Positions 1-11,006 of a stretch of DNA of 64,000 bases are shown piece after piece; the stretch's first letter is position 1, and each line of letters begins with the position of its first letter. The position numbers and the translations under genes were made by a program. Source of the DNA: Raillietiella orientalis (taxonomy: Eukaryota); NCBI GenBank assembly GCA_036172245.1, contig JAYWIR010000085.1:124001-188000 (forward strand), written 5' to 3'. The notes under the pieces were generated by a model. The model ran no database searches, was not told the origin of the DNA, and saw only the letters and a list, made by a program, of their open reading frames with translations.

Positions 1-96
1 CCACATGATATGGTGATAATCTGAATACCTGCTAAAGCCTCTACCATAATAGGGTCTATGCTATTTAGTAAGCCACCTAATCCTAATTGTCCTCGA
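1..96 (-). CDS. RCCD1: RCCD1-like coding exon 4, truncated by window edge (SRGQLGLGGLLNSIDPIMVEALAGIQIITISCG)
   Basis: The acceptor tttcag lies at 97-99. Splicing to exon 3 restores GNGSRGQLGLG…PxxVEALAGxxIxxISCG, the RCC1 repeat as found in RCCD1. Confidence 0.9.
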
Positions 97-133
97 CTGA
101 AATTGGTTTACAACAGTTGCTGCACCTGTCTAC

Positions 134-260
134 CTTCCATTTCCCATTGAAAACACTATTCCTTGTAGAGTAAGTAAAAGTGTGTGCTCAACACCACAGC
201 ATAGTTGTGATACTTGATGTGGAAAAGGAAACAGAACTGGCAAGGAGTAAACATACCCAT
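134..260 (-). CDS. RCCD1: RCCD1-like coding exon 3 (GYVYSLP…QVSQLCCGVEHTLLLTLQGIVFSMGNG)
   Basis: A poly-T tract plus AG acceptor lies at 261-262 and the donor ag|gtagac at 133. The exon encodes the canonical RCC1 repeat motif CGxEHTLLLTxxGxVFSxGxG. Confidence 0.9.
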
Positions 261-310
261 CTAAAAAAAAACCACTTACATACTTAAATCGACTGAAAGC
301 ACATGACTAC

Positions 311-553
311 CTTGTGTGAGCATGTATGACTGGTGCTGGGTAAAATCTAGAGATTTTATGTGTACTTTTTCCACTGAGTCGGCAATTATGACTGCTTTCC
401 AAGTTCCTCTCTCATGCTTGTACAACATGTGATCTGCATAACATAAAATCATATCTTCTTTAGAGTTCACGTGAGTTGCTTTCTGAACCAACTCTGTCTT
501 CGCCAGGGAGGCATGTTTTCCTTTTATACGAATGGCAATTTGCCTTTGCTCAT
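311..553 (-). CDS. RCCD1: RCCD1-like coding exon 2 (5' boundary uncertain: 553 or 433)
   Basis: The frame is open from 566 to 311 (…EQRQIAIRIKGKH…HQSYMLTQ). The donor caag|gtagtc at 310 joins exon 3 in phase to give MLTQDGYVYS. Phase-compatible acceptors are aaag at 554-555 or tgcag at 434-435; the cag at 567-568 is out of phase. Confidence 0.65.
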
Positions 554-657
554 CTTTAGATAATATCTGACATTAGAGTACGAAAAGAAGCAACATGCAC
601 ACAAAATTTTCAAAATACGAAAATGATATTTAAAATAATGTGAAAAGCAATGATTAC

Positions 658-817
658 CACTGGTGGGTGTGTTTTCGCATATGAATAATGAACTCCATGT
701 TATCATGACATCTGAGGCATCATTCGCATTTTCAATTTGAATGAATTTGGTTACACAGGCGGGCTCACTATCACTTAATTGCTTGAATCTATTAAACCCA
801 CAAGCAAACAGCACCAT
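658..817 (-). CDS. RCCD1: RCC1 domain-containing protein 1-like, coding exon 1 (MVLFACGFNRFKQLSD...ITWSSLFICENTPTS)
   Basis: ATG at 817-815. The GFNxFxQ...ITWS pattern resembles RCCD1 N-termini. The donor g|gtaatc at 657 (phase 1) is followed by an AT-rich intron. The exon is colinear with the clear RCC1-repeat exons downstream. Confidence 0.75.
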
Positions 818-3800
818 CACAAGTTATGTGGATACTATTTGTTCCAAATTTCAATTTACTGTACACAAATGAACACTCTGCCTATGCATTCTTACGATGA
901 TGATGCACATTGTGTGTAAATGTTAAACATACTGAAAATTCATTGCACTTAATTAGGCACAAAAACCTGGTTGGATGCTAAATTTTCACGATATCTTGCA
1001 TTTCTGCTGGCTCGTTTTTCGTAAAATTGTGAGATTTATGCAATGCAGCACTTTACAAAACAAAACAGCAGTACCAAGTCCCCCGTTTTGCGAAGGCATC
1101 CGGCCCCAATCTGTCTGAAGATTCATGGGCCTTAGAATCGAGCTCAGGGGTGGTCTGTTTTTCCTTGCGACTGAAACAGTTCAATTTAGTTTATACGAGC
1201 TTGTTACGGTGAACTTTCAATAAAATCAAGACTGTCTTTCATTCACATAAAAAAATGACTCGCTGTTGAGCGAAACATTATGAGTGACAAATTTCGGGGG
1301 AATGCATGCGAGCCCACTGGTTGTCAAGGGTGTGAACCCCATCACTACCGTATCGGTACGGCCCAAGAAGGAGGATGAGAACTTTAATTACATGGATCTG
1401 GCGTTTTGAATGCCGCCGGAAATTTAGAAGGACTGCAGCATCCGTGCTCAAGAGATGGGAGCGTATTTGGAACGCAACGTCGAGAGTGCACGACATCGAC
1501 GGGCAACCCTTCGTGGGTGACGGTGTGATTGCTCGCCTGCTCACTAGATGTCAGGGCTCGGAACTTGTTGCGTCATTGGCTGAGGATCACTGCTCAACGT
1601 ATCAACGCGGTCGGTTCCCCGCCGCCATCGCGGATCCGTTGCGAGGGACGCGCAGCCACAAGAAAAAAACAGGCTTTACCTGGAAAAATTTCTGGCTCGT
1701 TTGGCGATGCTGCCTTTTTTTTTTTTTGGAATGTGGGCACTGTCTTAAGTTAAGCAGCGAAACTTATCGCGTAAGTCTTAGTTGTGCATGGAAGCTTCAC
1801 TCACTGCCGCGCGTGCATACGAAATGTGCACTACCAAGCAGTTCGAAACTTTCCGAAGACCTTTCCGAAAACTTTCAATCCTCTGTATATTTCATGGGGT
1901 GGAGAACAGGAGTCTCTAAGCATCTCCGCAAATGAGGATACCGCGTACCGTGGGTTGTGCGGCGTGATTTTGATCGGATGCTGATCAGCCTCCCGGTTTT
2001 GACGGAAGCACATTTTCGGTAGCTGTGGAGGAAGACAGAGAGTGCACCACCAAGCATCGGATGCCGACTGCAGTCTTCTGAACGGCAGCGTTAGAATTCT
2101 GTCTGTCTTGAATACCTGGCGCTCAGAAAACCGCTGCGGTCAATTCTTTTTGGAGATGACGTTTGCGAAATGGATTTCAAAAACCATTACCTCCTCACGC
2201 CGGAGCAGAGTGCACTTGAGAACTGCTTCATCTGGAACTTGTGCCAGAAGCGTGAGATTATTTGCCTCTACAAACACTGGAAATTGAGAAACGAAAGTGA
2301 AGTAATTAGGGGAAAAGCGTGAAGACGGACAGCAGCATTCAAAAGAGCATGCAACTGAAAAAGAATCGTGGAAAGAGCACGCAGGCCTACGGTGCACTCG
2401 GGATCATGTTATTTCACACCAGAAGCAGAGGGGAAAGTTTACGTCCCAAAGTTCGGTTGCTGGAATCTAAAACCAACGCTAACAGCAAAATACACGCGTC
2501 GATAAGAAGAACATATTTGTGCTCTCTCTGTGAAAACCATGATTTCTTCGAATTAAAATATGTTTTTCTAATCGAATATTTATGAAAATGTTATTTTGCT
2601 CCATGCATGTTTTAATATAGAATGCTAAAAAAAAAACAATGCAAAACTATAACCTACTATCCTACTCTTTTCCTCTGCTTCACTTTCGAGTACTTCCTAT
2701 GAAGCAAGTAGGCTTGCACTACATTTGTGTAAAGCTTACTAAATTACAGAATTTTATGCATTCCTACAATACCCTATGATTTCAACAAATTCAAGTTTTG
2801 AAATAACTGTCTGTCTAATAGCAAGTGGATAATTAGTTTGAAACAACTCTTCCACTATATATTCTAAAAATTCTACGTAATTTTATTCTTCATTCTATTT
2901 ATGTTATCCTTTGCGTCATATTCCATAATTTCAATAACCACGACCTTTGAATTAGCTGCTGACTGTTCTACGATAATAAGCACACAATGCCGAGTTCCAA
3001 TAGTATTCCAAATATTTATGGTACGCCTGAATCAAAGTTCTAAGTATAAATATTTTGCAGAATGCCAGGCATCATGTGATTACATAAGGATTGAAGAGTA
3101 ATTGATCGAAAGCAGCATGTAACATATGCTGACATCTGCTGTTCCATCATATGAAATTAAATTGCTATGTAGTTTTATGGACCCAAATGAACAAAGTGGT
3201 GCCACTTCGCACCCTCCCCGCATTTCCGCGTCGATCTTTCCGTTCCGCTCATTCTCGGGAAGGCAGACTTGGACTCAGGGCTTTCCGGGGCGGAATATTC
3301 CAAAGAGCAAGGCAGCTCGGAAGGGCCTCGTGCCCCAGTTATGCTGCCGTTCCTCCTGCTCATCCGGCGGCTTTGCGCCAGCAGCTCTGCAGGCGCCGAG
3401 CGAGGCGGTCGGGCTAGGGCGTGACGCGCGCGCCTTCGTCCTGGAAGGTCACCGCCGGACGCACGGAAACTCGAAGCTCCGGAGCGTTGCCTAGGGGGGA
3501 GGAGAAGCGGAAGATGCGGTGGCCCTCGTGAGCAGAGGGGGCGAGCGCCGGCAGCGGCGAGACCGGCTGCTGCCTCTTACAGCAGCAGAAGCCTGCGGGC
3601 GATGGCCCCCAGGCGAACGCAGCCTTAACAGATACGAGCGGAACGAGTCTTGCAAGCTGACCCGGGAACCAGTGCAGCCCCGGCACGCCTCTTTTAGTGA
3701 TGGCAGGCACGCCCGGTCGTGCACAACATCCTTAGAGACCACTGCACGCGTTGGTTCCCCACGTGGCCGAGGACAGTTGTGTCGTGTGGGAGCGGCAAAG

Positions 3801-4709
3801 AACACGCTGAAGGAGCCGCAGGGGATGAAGCGAGAAAACGACGAAAGGAAAGAAAAAGAAGAAGGAAGAAAAAAGAAAAAAAAGGAGAAAAAGAAGGGGA
3901 GTTGCTCCCCATCTTTTTCTAGAAGGAAAAGGGAAAGGGAGGGGGAGGAACGTTCTTGTCCCTCCTTACGGCGAAGTCTGGAAACACTCCACGAACGCCG
4001 CTCTCTACCGTCCCTCCCAGAGACTTCTTTGGGCTGCTCACGGAACCACGAGGGCAGCAATCAAACCCTCGGAGGGCAAGGAGTGATCCCGGGGTCATGG
4101 ATCTCGGTGCAATCGCGTTGCATACAGCCACTGATACCGCTGACGGAGCGCACACCCAAACGGGAGACCATCTGGGAAAGTGTGCCAGGAACAAAGGGGG
4201 AAAGGGAAGGAGTATGGGAGCCCCAGCTTGGTCGCAATCGTCCGATAGGTGACTGCCCATGCCAGAGGCAAGTATGGAACTTTCTTTCACTTGTTGCAGT
4301 TTGTCATCGAAACACATCGACGCTACTCTTCCGGGAAGGGAGGGGGGGGGGTGACGGAGGGGAGGGAGAGTGATGTTCCACTCGACCGCTCGTTCCTCCC
4401 TTGAGCCAGGCGGCAGTTGGGGAGACGGCGCGTTCCCGAGATGCGACGTAGGGAGGGCATGCTCCTCTGAAAAGGAGAGATGGGGCGCGCGAGTTGTCTC
4501 GTTCCCTCTGCACTTCCACTCCACGTCTGCGTCTGGGAGGTCACTCCGGGATCCACGCTGGCGCCTCCGCCCGCGCAACAGGAGTCGTCGTCCACCCGAG
4601 TAACGTGATGCTCTCACTCTCTGTCCATCGCCGCACTGCGCCCTCGGGCGCAGAGCCACCGCTTCCTCCTTTCCTCGTCTCGCTGAAGAGCCGCCCGTCG
4701 CCTTCTCGC

Positions 4710-4916
4710 TCACTTTCACTCGTTGCCTCGGGGCGTTTCAGCTCTGTCCGCAGTTTCCTGTATCGGCACGCCGTCAGCTGTCCTCCCAGTGCCCGTTTCC
4801 CTCTGCCTGAGTGAACACGTGGACGCTCCGTGACTGCAGCTGCTGCCAGCTGAGGATGCGAGCGCACATCCTCCTTACATGTCCGCCCGGCCCCCCGTCG
4901 ACCCGCGGATCTCAAG
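4710..4916 (+). other. Candidate first (5' UTR) exon of the ZP-domain gene; start position approximate
   Basis: It ends in a perfect donor AAG|GTGAGT at 4917, within CpG-rich sequence. Inr-like TCACTT lies near 4710. There is no transcript evidence. Confidence 0.4.
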
Positions 4917-5277
4917 GTGAGTGCCTCTGGCCCTTTCGGTTCGGTTCTGATGCCTGTGCTACTGGGGTTGCCCGGACTCCGCTCTCGTCTCCGCCTCAGG
5001 GAGGGCCGCGCTGCCGCTAGGGATGCGTTCGGTCTCCTGCTTCCTGTCCGCATAAGGAACACGCTTTTCGACGCTAAGGAGTGGGCCTAGTAGCGTCCTC
5101 ACCTGGCGGTGGAGACTCCAGACTTTCTCCTCGGCGACACTTCTCCGTAGGTTGAGTGTTGCCCGTGGAGGTAAAATTCCGCGGCAGAGAAAGCGCATGT
5201 CCACTGGGCGTCTCCGTCTGTGGGCGTCAGCGGAGTTGCAACTTGCGAGGAGCCGCTGTGGAGTGGTCCATTCCCCG

Positions 5278-5640
5278 GACAACAGAATGGTTTGTGTTCA
5301 GCGTGACAGAGCGGTTTCCTTCAGGACTCTAGGGTCTTGTGAAGGGCGATGGGATGCTTTGAGTGCAGCTGATAGAATGGTCTGCATGCACAACGATGGA
5401 GGGGATGTTTTCAGGATGCTGAAGTGGTGTCGTGCAAGACTCTAGAGTGTCTCCCTTTGGGACGATGAAGTGGTTTTTTGAAAGATGATGGAATGCTTTG
5501 GGTGCAGCTGATAGAATGGTCTGCTTGCGAAACGATAGAGTGTTTTTTTGCATGGCTCTTGAAGAGTTTCCTTCAAGACGATAGAGTTCACGTGCAGTGA
5601 CAGAATGGTTTCCTGCTTGACATCTGAATGGTCCTTTCCG
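5278..5640. repeat. Degenerate minisatellite, about 16 units of ~23 bp (consensus roughly GACGATAGAATGGTTTYNTGCAA)
   Basis: gatagaatggt-like cores recur every 20-25 bp. A 38-bp near-identical block gatgg(g/a)atgctttg(a/g)gtgcagctgatagaatggtctgc occurs at 5348 and 5487. Confidence 0.75.
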
Positions 5641-6587
5641 TTGTGTGCTAAGGGCTTCCTTCCCTCCGTCACTCCCACCATTGTGAGAGGGGAGGTACCG
5701 GAAGTCGGGTTTCCCGGACGCGACCTCATCCCGGAGCTCTCACACTCCCGTGTGGTCCCGACGAGCCGCCACGCGCGGACAGCTTGCCGTGGATCCGGTG
5801 TTTCCGTGACGTAGGGAGCATCCTGGAGGTCCGGCGAGACCCAGTTGCAGGAGTTCCTCGCCCCAGGTGCATTCCATCGATCGCAGAGGTACGGAGCGTG
5901 GAGGGGAACGGTGAAGGGATCAAGAAAGATGTGCCGCCCCTGTTTTCCTCCTGGCAGCTTCCTGTATGCTTCCAACGGCGTGCCGCGGATGCTGAAGGAC
6001 GCTAGCCACGCCGCTTTCGTCACGCTCCTTCCTTCCTTCTTCCGGCTTCCTCTTTCCCTCCGGTAAGGCGTGCCGCCCTTGACTCTACGCTCTCTGGGCT
6101 CCGGGGAAGAAGCTTCCCGTCCGCGTGCCTCCTCCAACGCGTGTTTGTGCAGTGTTGGGTAAGCACGCGAAAGCGGAGGGGAGCCGCGCGCGCCTGCCCC
6201 ATGCTTCCTCTGGTCCGCCGGGATCCGGGAGAGTTTGCGAGAGAGTTTCCGGGAGGGGAGAGGGCGACCCCGACGCCACGGAAGTCGCTGCGACAGGACG
6301 CTCGTAGGCTACGGACTAGGGGCTCGCCTTGCTCTGCCTTGGCCCCTTCCCTCTCCTCCAGGTATCTACCTGCTCCCGTGGGACGCAGAGGGACCCCGGA
6401 AGGCGGCGGCGAGCGCATGCCACCTGGCGACAGTGGTGGCTCAAGCGGCGCGGAGGCGAGCTGGCTGCTGCTGGGATTGTGGTACCTCCGGTGGGGTCCG
6501 GGAAGACTGAGCGCACTCGGAAGACCACGAGAGGATGACGGCGTTTCCTAAGTGATCCTCGGAGATTTCCGACAGGAAAACGTGCTC

Positions 6588-6603
6588 ATGGTCATGGTAC
6601 GTC
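6588..6603 (+). CDS. Candidate first coding segment (MVMVR) of the ZP-domain gene, at the end of exon 6362-6603
   Basis: A polypyrimidine tract plus AG acceptor lies at 6360-6361 and the donor gtgagt at 6604. ATG GTC ATG GTA CGT C joins the GG at 10533-10534 in frame, giving MVMVRRMLHFAFSLACLLG, a signal peptide with a basic n-region. Confidence 0.5.
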
Positions 6604-9600
6604 GTGAGTACACGCTTCGGCTGTACATATACTAAAATTGGTCATGGATACGTGAGTGGCGATCGGAGACGGATCTTCTCGGAAGGAAGGAGTGAGGGGA
6701 AGGGGATTTGCGCGAACGTCCTTTCTTTGCCTCCTTATCGCACTCATTTCTTCAGGAGATCCCTAGTGCATAGTCCATCGCGGGTAGCCACCTTCCCCGG
6801 GAGGGAGGGTGGACTGCTTCTCCTCCCTTCCCCTTCCGAGTTCGCCGACAAAGCGTCCGAGACACCGGCGCCCTTCCTCTCTCGTGCACTGGGGGGAAAG
6901 TGCGATGCACGATCAGACCAAGGGCCAGACTCTCTGTCCCCTTCCCAGACGAGGATGGGGGGGTTACCTCGGAGAGAGGGGTACTGCGGGGTCTTCTGAG
7001 CCTCCGGCACATGCGCCGGTCGGTCCCGTCGGGCGCCACATCCTCCGTTCCTCCTGTTTGCGCGGGGTGGACCCTCTCCCCGCTCCCGAGAGACAAGTCC
7101 TGCTGATGACCCCGGGGGTTGCGGCGCCATGATGGAAATTTCCTTCCGCCTGCGCCTCCTGGCGGCCTTCCTTGCTCCTCCGGTTCTTCGCCTCCACATC
7201 CTCTGCTTTCCCGGCACTCCTCCAAGGTCACGTGGGCGAGATCTCCTCTCCCCTCCCCTCGAGAGCAGAACGAGCTAGGCGGTAGGGGGGGAGGAGCCTC
7301 TCCTTCCAGATGAGCCTAAAGTGGGGGAGTGGGTGGGTGAGAGTGGTGCAAGCGCGTTGGCCCAAGGTCGCCGACCGGCATGTGCAGGGGTAGTGGGCGG
7401 CAGAGTAGCGACGCCTCGCTCGCTGCCCCAAGGGTGCTTGGGGAAGGGATTTCCGGGGGGCACCTCGGCACCCGCCCCTTGCCGGGGTGAGGAACGTCGC
7501 GCGCGGGATCGGGGTCTTCCGCAGGAGGTCGACGTGGCGTCTGCCGACCGTGCGAATGGCTCGTTCTTTGGCCCTAGAGACCGGCGAGGCCCCCCCTCCC
7601 CTGAGAGGGGAGCAGGAGCGCGGCTGGCCTTTCCGGATGGAAACTGGCAAGGCGGGAGAAACGGCGCGCATCCCGAGAACACAGAGGAATGTCCAAATCC
7701 CGACCTAGGCTGGCTCAGGAAGGAAACTGCCTCCGGGACTCCTCCTTTGCGGCCCGTTGTGGCGCTGGGTCTCTTAGGAACGTCCCGGAGGTCCTACGGG
7801 GTGATCGAGGAGTCAGAACGTAGAGGATCTTCTCCGGAGAAGGTCAGGCGGTCGCCCGTCGGGTCGCACAGATGTGGGCCATTCCTCCGGAGCTCACGGA
7901 GCGGGAAGCACTTGCTCCATGACAGCAAGACCTCACCCCGTGCTTTCTCAAGGGACCCGGGGACAGCTCTGGCCCCTAGCAACAGTACCTGTGGTCTCCT
8001 GGTGCCGCTGCTACCTTCCTACCCCTGGGTTCGACTCCCGCATCAGCCGGGTGGGGATCCCGCGATCGGATGATGCGTCTGAGAGCCTTGGATGATGCCT
8101 GTGTTCCCCCCCCCCCTCTTCCCTTTCTCCGGAGCAGGTTCTTTCGAAAATCAAAGAGGGGGGAGAAGGGAGAGTGGAGGGAAAGTTCGTCCCCTGGAGG
8201 GAAGGCGGGATTCGGGGCGAGAAACCCGCGTTGGCTCCTGAAGGGTGCACGTGTGAGTATTCTGGGAAGGGGGTCGAGTGGCGCCCTTATGGTGTGGGAA
8301 AAGCGCAGCCTTCACTCCTTGCTGCGATCTCCATGGGAGCCGTTCTCTCCTCCTGGCCCTTCCCTTCCTTTTTCTCACTCTCGGAAATGTCCGGTTGCGT
8401 CAGTGGGCTCCCTGCACCTGCTTCCCATCCCTCGGACTTTCCCGAAGTGCTCCCGGACCTCCTGATGTTCCGCGATTCTGCGTCCTGCCTTATCGCAAAA
8501 ATTTCGTGTCGCTTGCAGGATGAAGCGAGGAGGGGATTCTCTCGCGGAGGAGGACGAAGAGGAGGGAATATTCGATTGGGGATCCGAAGATGCGCAGCCC
8601 CGGGGCACTGGAGAAGCCGACGCGTGAATCCCTACGTCTGTCTTCCTCGAGATGCCGCAGACCTCCGTGGGTCCTTCGGCTTGCTACAAGGGTGCCTGGA
8701 ACTCCCATCCCGTTCCCCTGGAAACGCTCACTCACACGAAAAAGATGAAAATGAAGGCGAACAACAGAGGGGTTCTCTGTTGAGTCCCGCTGCGATGAAA
8801 AGGAAGGAAATCAGCGCGGAGACGCTTCTCTGTGGGAAAGCCGAGGGAGGAGGTCACTGGGATACCCTATCCACCCCCTTCGGATCCCTGGAGAATGCGA
8901 AGGAGGAGTTGGACAGGCGGGGCCGATCGGACGAGTGTCCTCTTCCTTGACATTGCGCCCTGGCTTTGCCCACATGAGCGTGCGCTGATCTGCACAACTC
9001 CGAAAGCAGGGCCGCGCCCCTCCCGCTTCCAGGCGCCCCCAAGCGACGAGGCGCCGTTGTCCTTGTGCGCAACCTCGCCGTCCTTATTGAGCTTCTGGCA
9101 GTGCTTCTCCCGCCCGGTCGCCCTTCTTCGCGTCATTCCTCCCCGGAACTGGCGGCGATCCGGGTGGTGGTGTGGCTACTGCTGCCGCGGATGCTCCTCC
9201 ATACACGAGGAGGGACGCAGCTGCTGTTGCTCGAGTCGACATCCCGTAGAGCCTCCCAAGGGGTGGTGCTCCCGCCTCCGTTCCTTTCCTGTCCACTTTG
9301 GAAGCATTCCGTAGCAGAAGACTGTCGCCTCGTTTCCTCGGTAACTCGGCCCTTTGCCTTCGGCCGGGGGCGACGATTGCTGAGGCGGCTTTCGCCAGAG
9401 GGCTTGAGAGGCTTGAGCCAGCCACACCTCTCTCTCTCTCTCAATCGCGCGCGCGCCTTCATGCTTGCGTGAGTGCGTGAGTGGCCTTCTGCTGTCTTCG
9501 CCGACCTTTGCACGTCTCCGGGAGCCCTCCATCCTCCTGTGACTCGAACGTCCCTTTCCTCTATCTCGAAGGAAGGAAGGTAAAGAAAGAGAGGAAGGTA

Positions 9601-10534
9601 AAGATGGCAGCGGACCCACCTTCCACTGCCCTTTGGGGTCCCGAAGGTCGCAGGGTCTTCATCCGAAGAACCAGTCCCTCGAGCCCTTTCCCACTCCTTC
9701 CTTCCTCTCCTCCTTTCCCTCTCCCATCGCCGCCCACGGCGGTGGTAGTCAGGACTGCCTCCGCCCGCGCTGGATTCGCCCGAGGTGCGTCCGAGCGCAT
9801 CCGCCCCCTCACGCGTCCGCCAGAGTTCTCCTCTCCCCCTCACTTTCGCTCTGTCTCTCTTCGTCCCCTCCCCCGCTCCGTGCGGCGTGACCTTCGCGGC
9901 ACGCGCGCCGGCGGCTGCTCTCGCTTTTCTCTTTTTCTTGCGAACCGCCGCCGCTGCCGCACTGCCGCTGCAAGGGCGCGCCGAATTCCCTCCGTAGCGG
10001 CGTCCGTCGCTCTCCGTGTGGTTCGGCTGCCGCCGGCGTCGTCTGCATGGGCACCCGGCGAGTCGCGAGGCGGCCGATGTCTTCGTCCCTCATGGCACAT
10101 CTTTTTTTTTTTCTTCTTCTCACGTTTGCCTTCTTCTCCTAGAAGGTGACCCACTCTGTCGGACAGCCCAGCGTAGATCTGCAAGCCCTTCCGGGCCCCT
10201 GCGAAGACAACGCTGACCCTGATGATGCGTTCTTCCGCCACCACAGTTCGTGAAGGGAAAGGTGAGGTCTACATCCCAGTCCTCGGAAGAGGTCTCGCAA
10301 CATGAATGTGGAAGGCGGTGGTTCGTAGGAGGAGGGACCGAGGCTCGCCGTGTACCACTTCTCTTCCTCCTCTCGTTTCCCTCTATCCTCTCGTCCTTCT
10401 CTTCACTCCCTCTCCCTGCTCTTCCTTTTCCCGTCTTCCCTTCCTCATCTCTCCATCCTCCTCCTCCTTCCTTCCTTCCCACTGTTTCGCGCCGCTCCTG
10501 CCCCGGATGACAGCCCTCTCCTTCCCTTCCAGGG

Positions 10535-10948
10535 ATGCTCCACTTCGCCTTCTCCCTTGCGTGCCTCCTCGGCCTGCGTCTCCTGCCGGTGCGTTGCCAA
10601 CTCGCTTCCGAGACGGCGGCGGACGGCTCTGGGGTCTCCGTCGTGGACGCCTTCAACCTGCCTCCTTCCATCGATGAGACGCAGAAGACGCTGCCGGGGA
10701 CCGTCCAGGGAGTGGTCCGCCTGGACGGGAGTTACGAGGAAGGGATCAAGGACGCCATCATCCTGAACAGGACCCGAGCTTTCCTGAACTGCACGTCCGG
10801 ATCCATGAAAGTGGATTTGACCTTCCGGGAACCCTTCTACGGGCTCGCCTACGCCAACTATGACAGGCGATCGGCGTGCCGCATCGCCGGCGACGGCCGA
10901 CTGACCTACACGATCGAGCTGGCTCTGAAGGGGTGCGGGACGGTGCAG
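10535..10948 (+). CDS. pot: ZP-N domain transmembrane protein, papillote-like; signal peptide and first part of ZP-N
   Basis: An acceptor lies at 10531-10532 after a long pyrimidine tract. A hydrophobic signal peptide precedes LNCTSGSMKVDLTFREPFYG…SACRI…YTIELALKGCGTVQ, which carries ZP-N Cys1-3. The donor cag|gtgcgt at 10949 is phase 0. The pot name is from recalled similarity; the ZP-N call is firmer than the name. Confidence 0.85.
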
Positions 10949-11006
10949 GTGCGTAGGGCCCGACTAGGCCGCCTTCCTCCGATTGCCCTAACCCTTTTTC
11001 TTGCAG

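Noticed and set aside
2750..3060. AT-rich minus-strand peptide-like fragments (…VEFLEYIVEELFQTNYPLAIRQ…), possible foreign insert
   Set aside because: They are short, interrupted by stops and have no recognisable motif, so there is no support for horizontal transfer.
5278..5640. CRISPR-like array
   Set aside because: The units are contiguous and degenerate, with no conserved repeat plus unique spacer, no cas genes and a eukaryotic context.
8028..8038. B-box-like GGTTCGACTCC (similar isolated motifs near 31996 and 45543)
   Set aside because: There is no convincing A-box or cloverleaf. At most these are unrecognisable SINE remnants.
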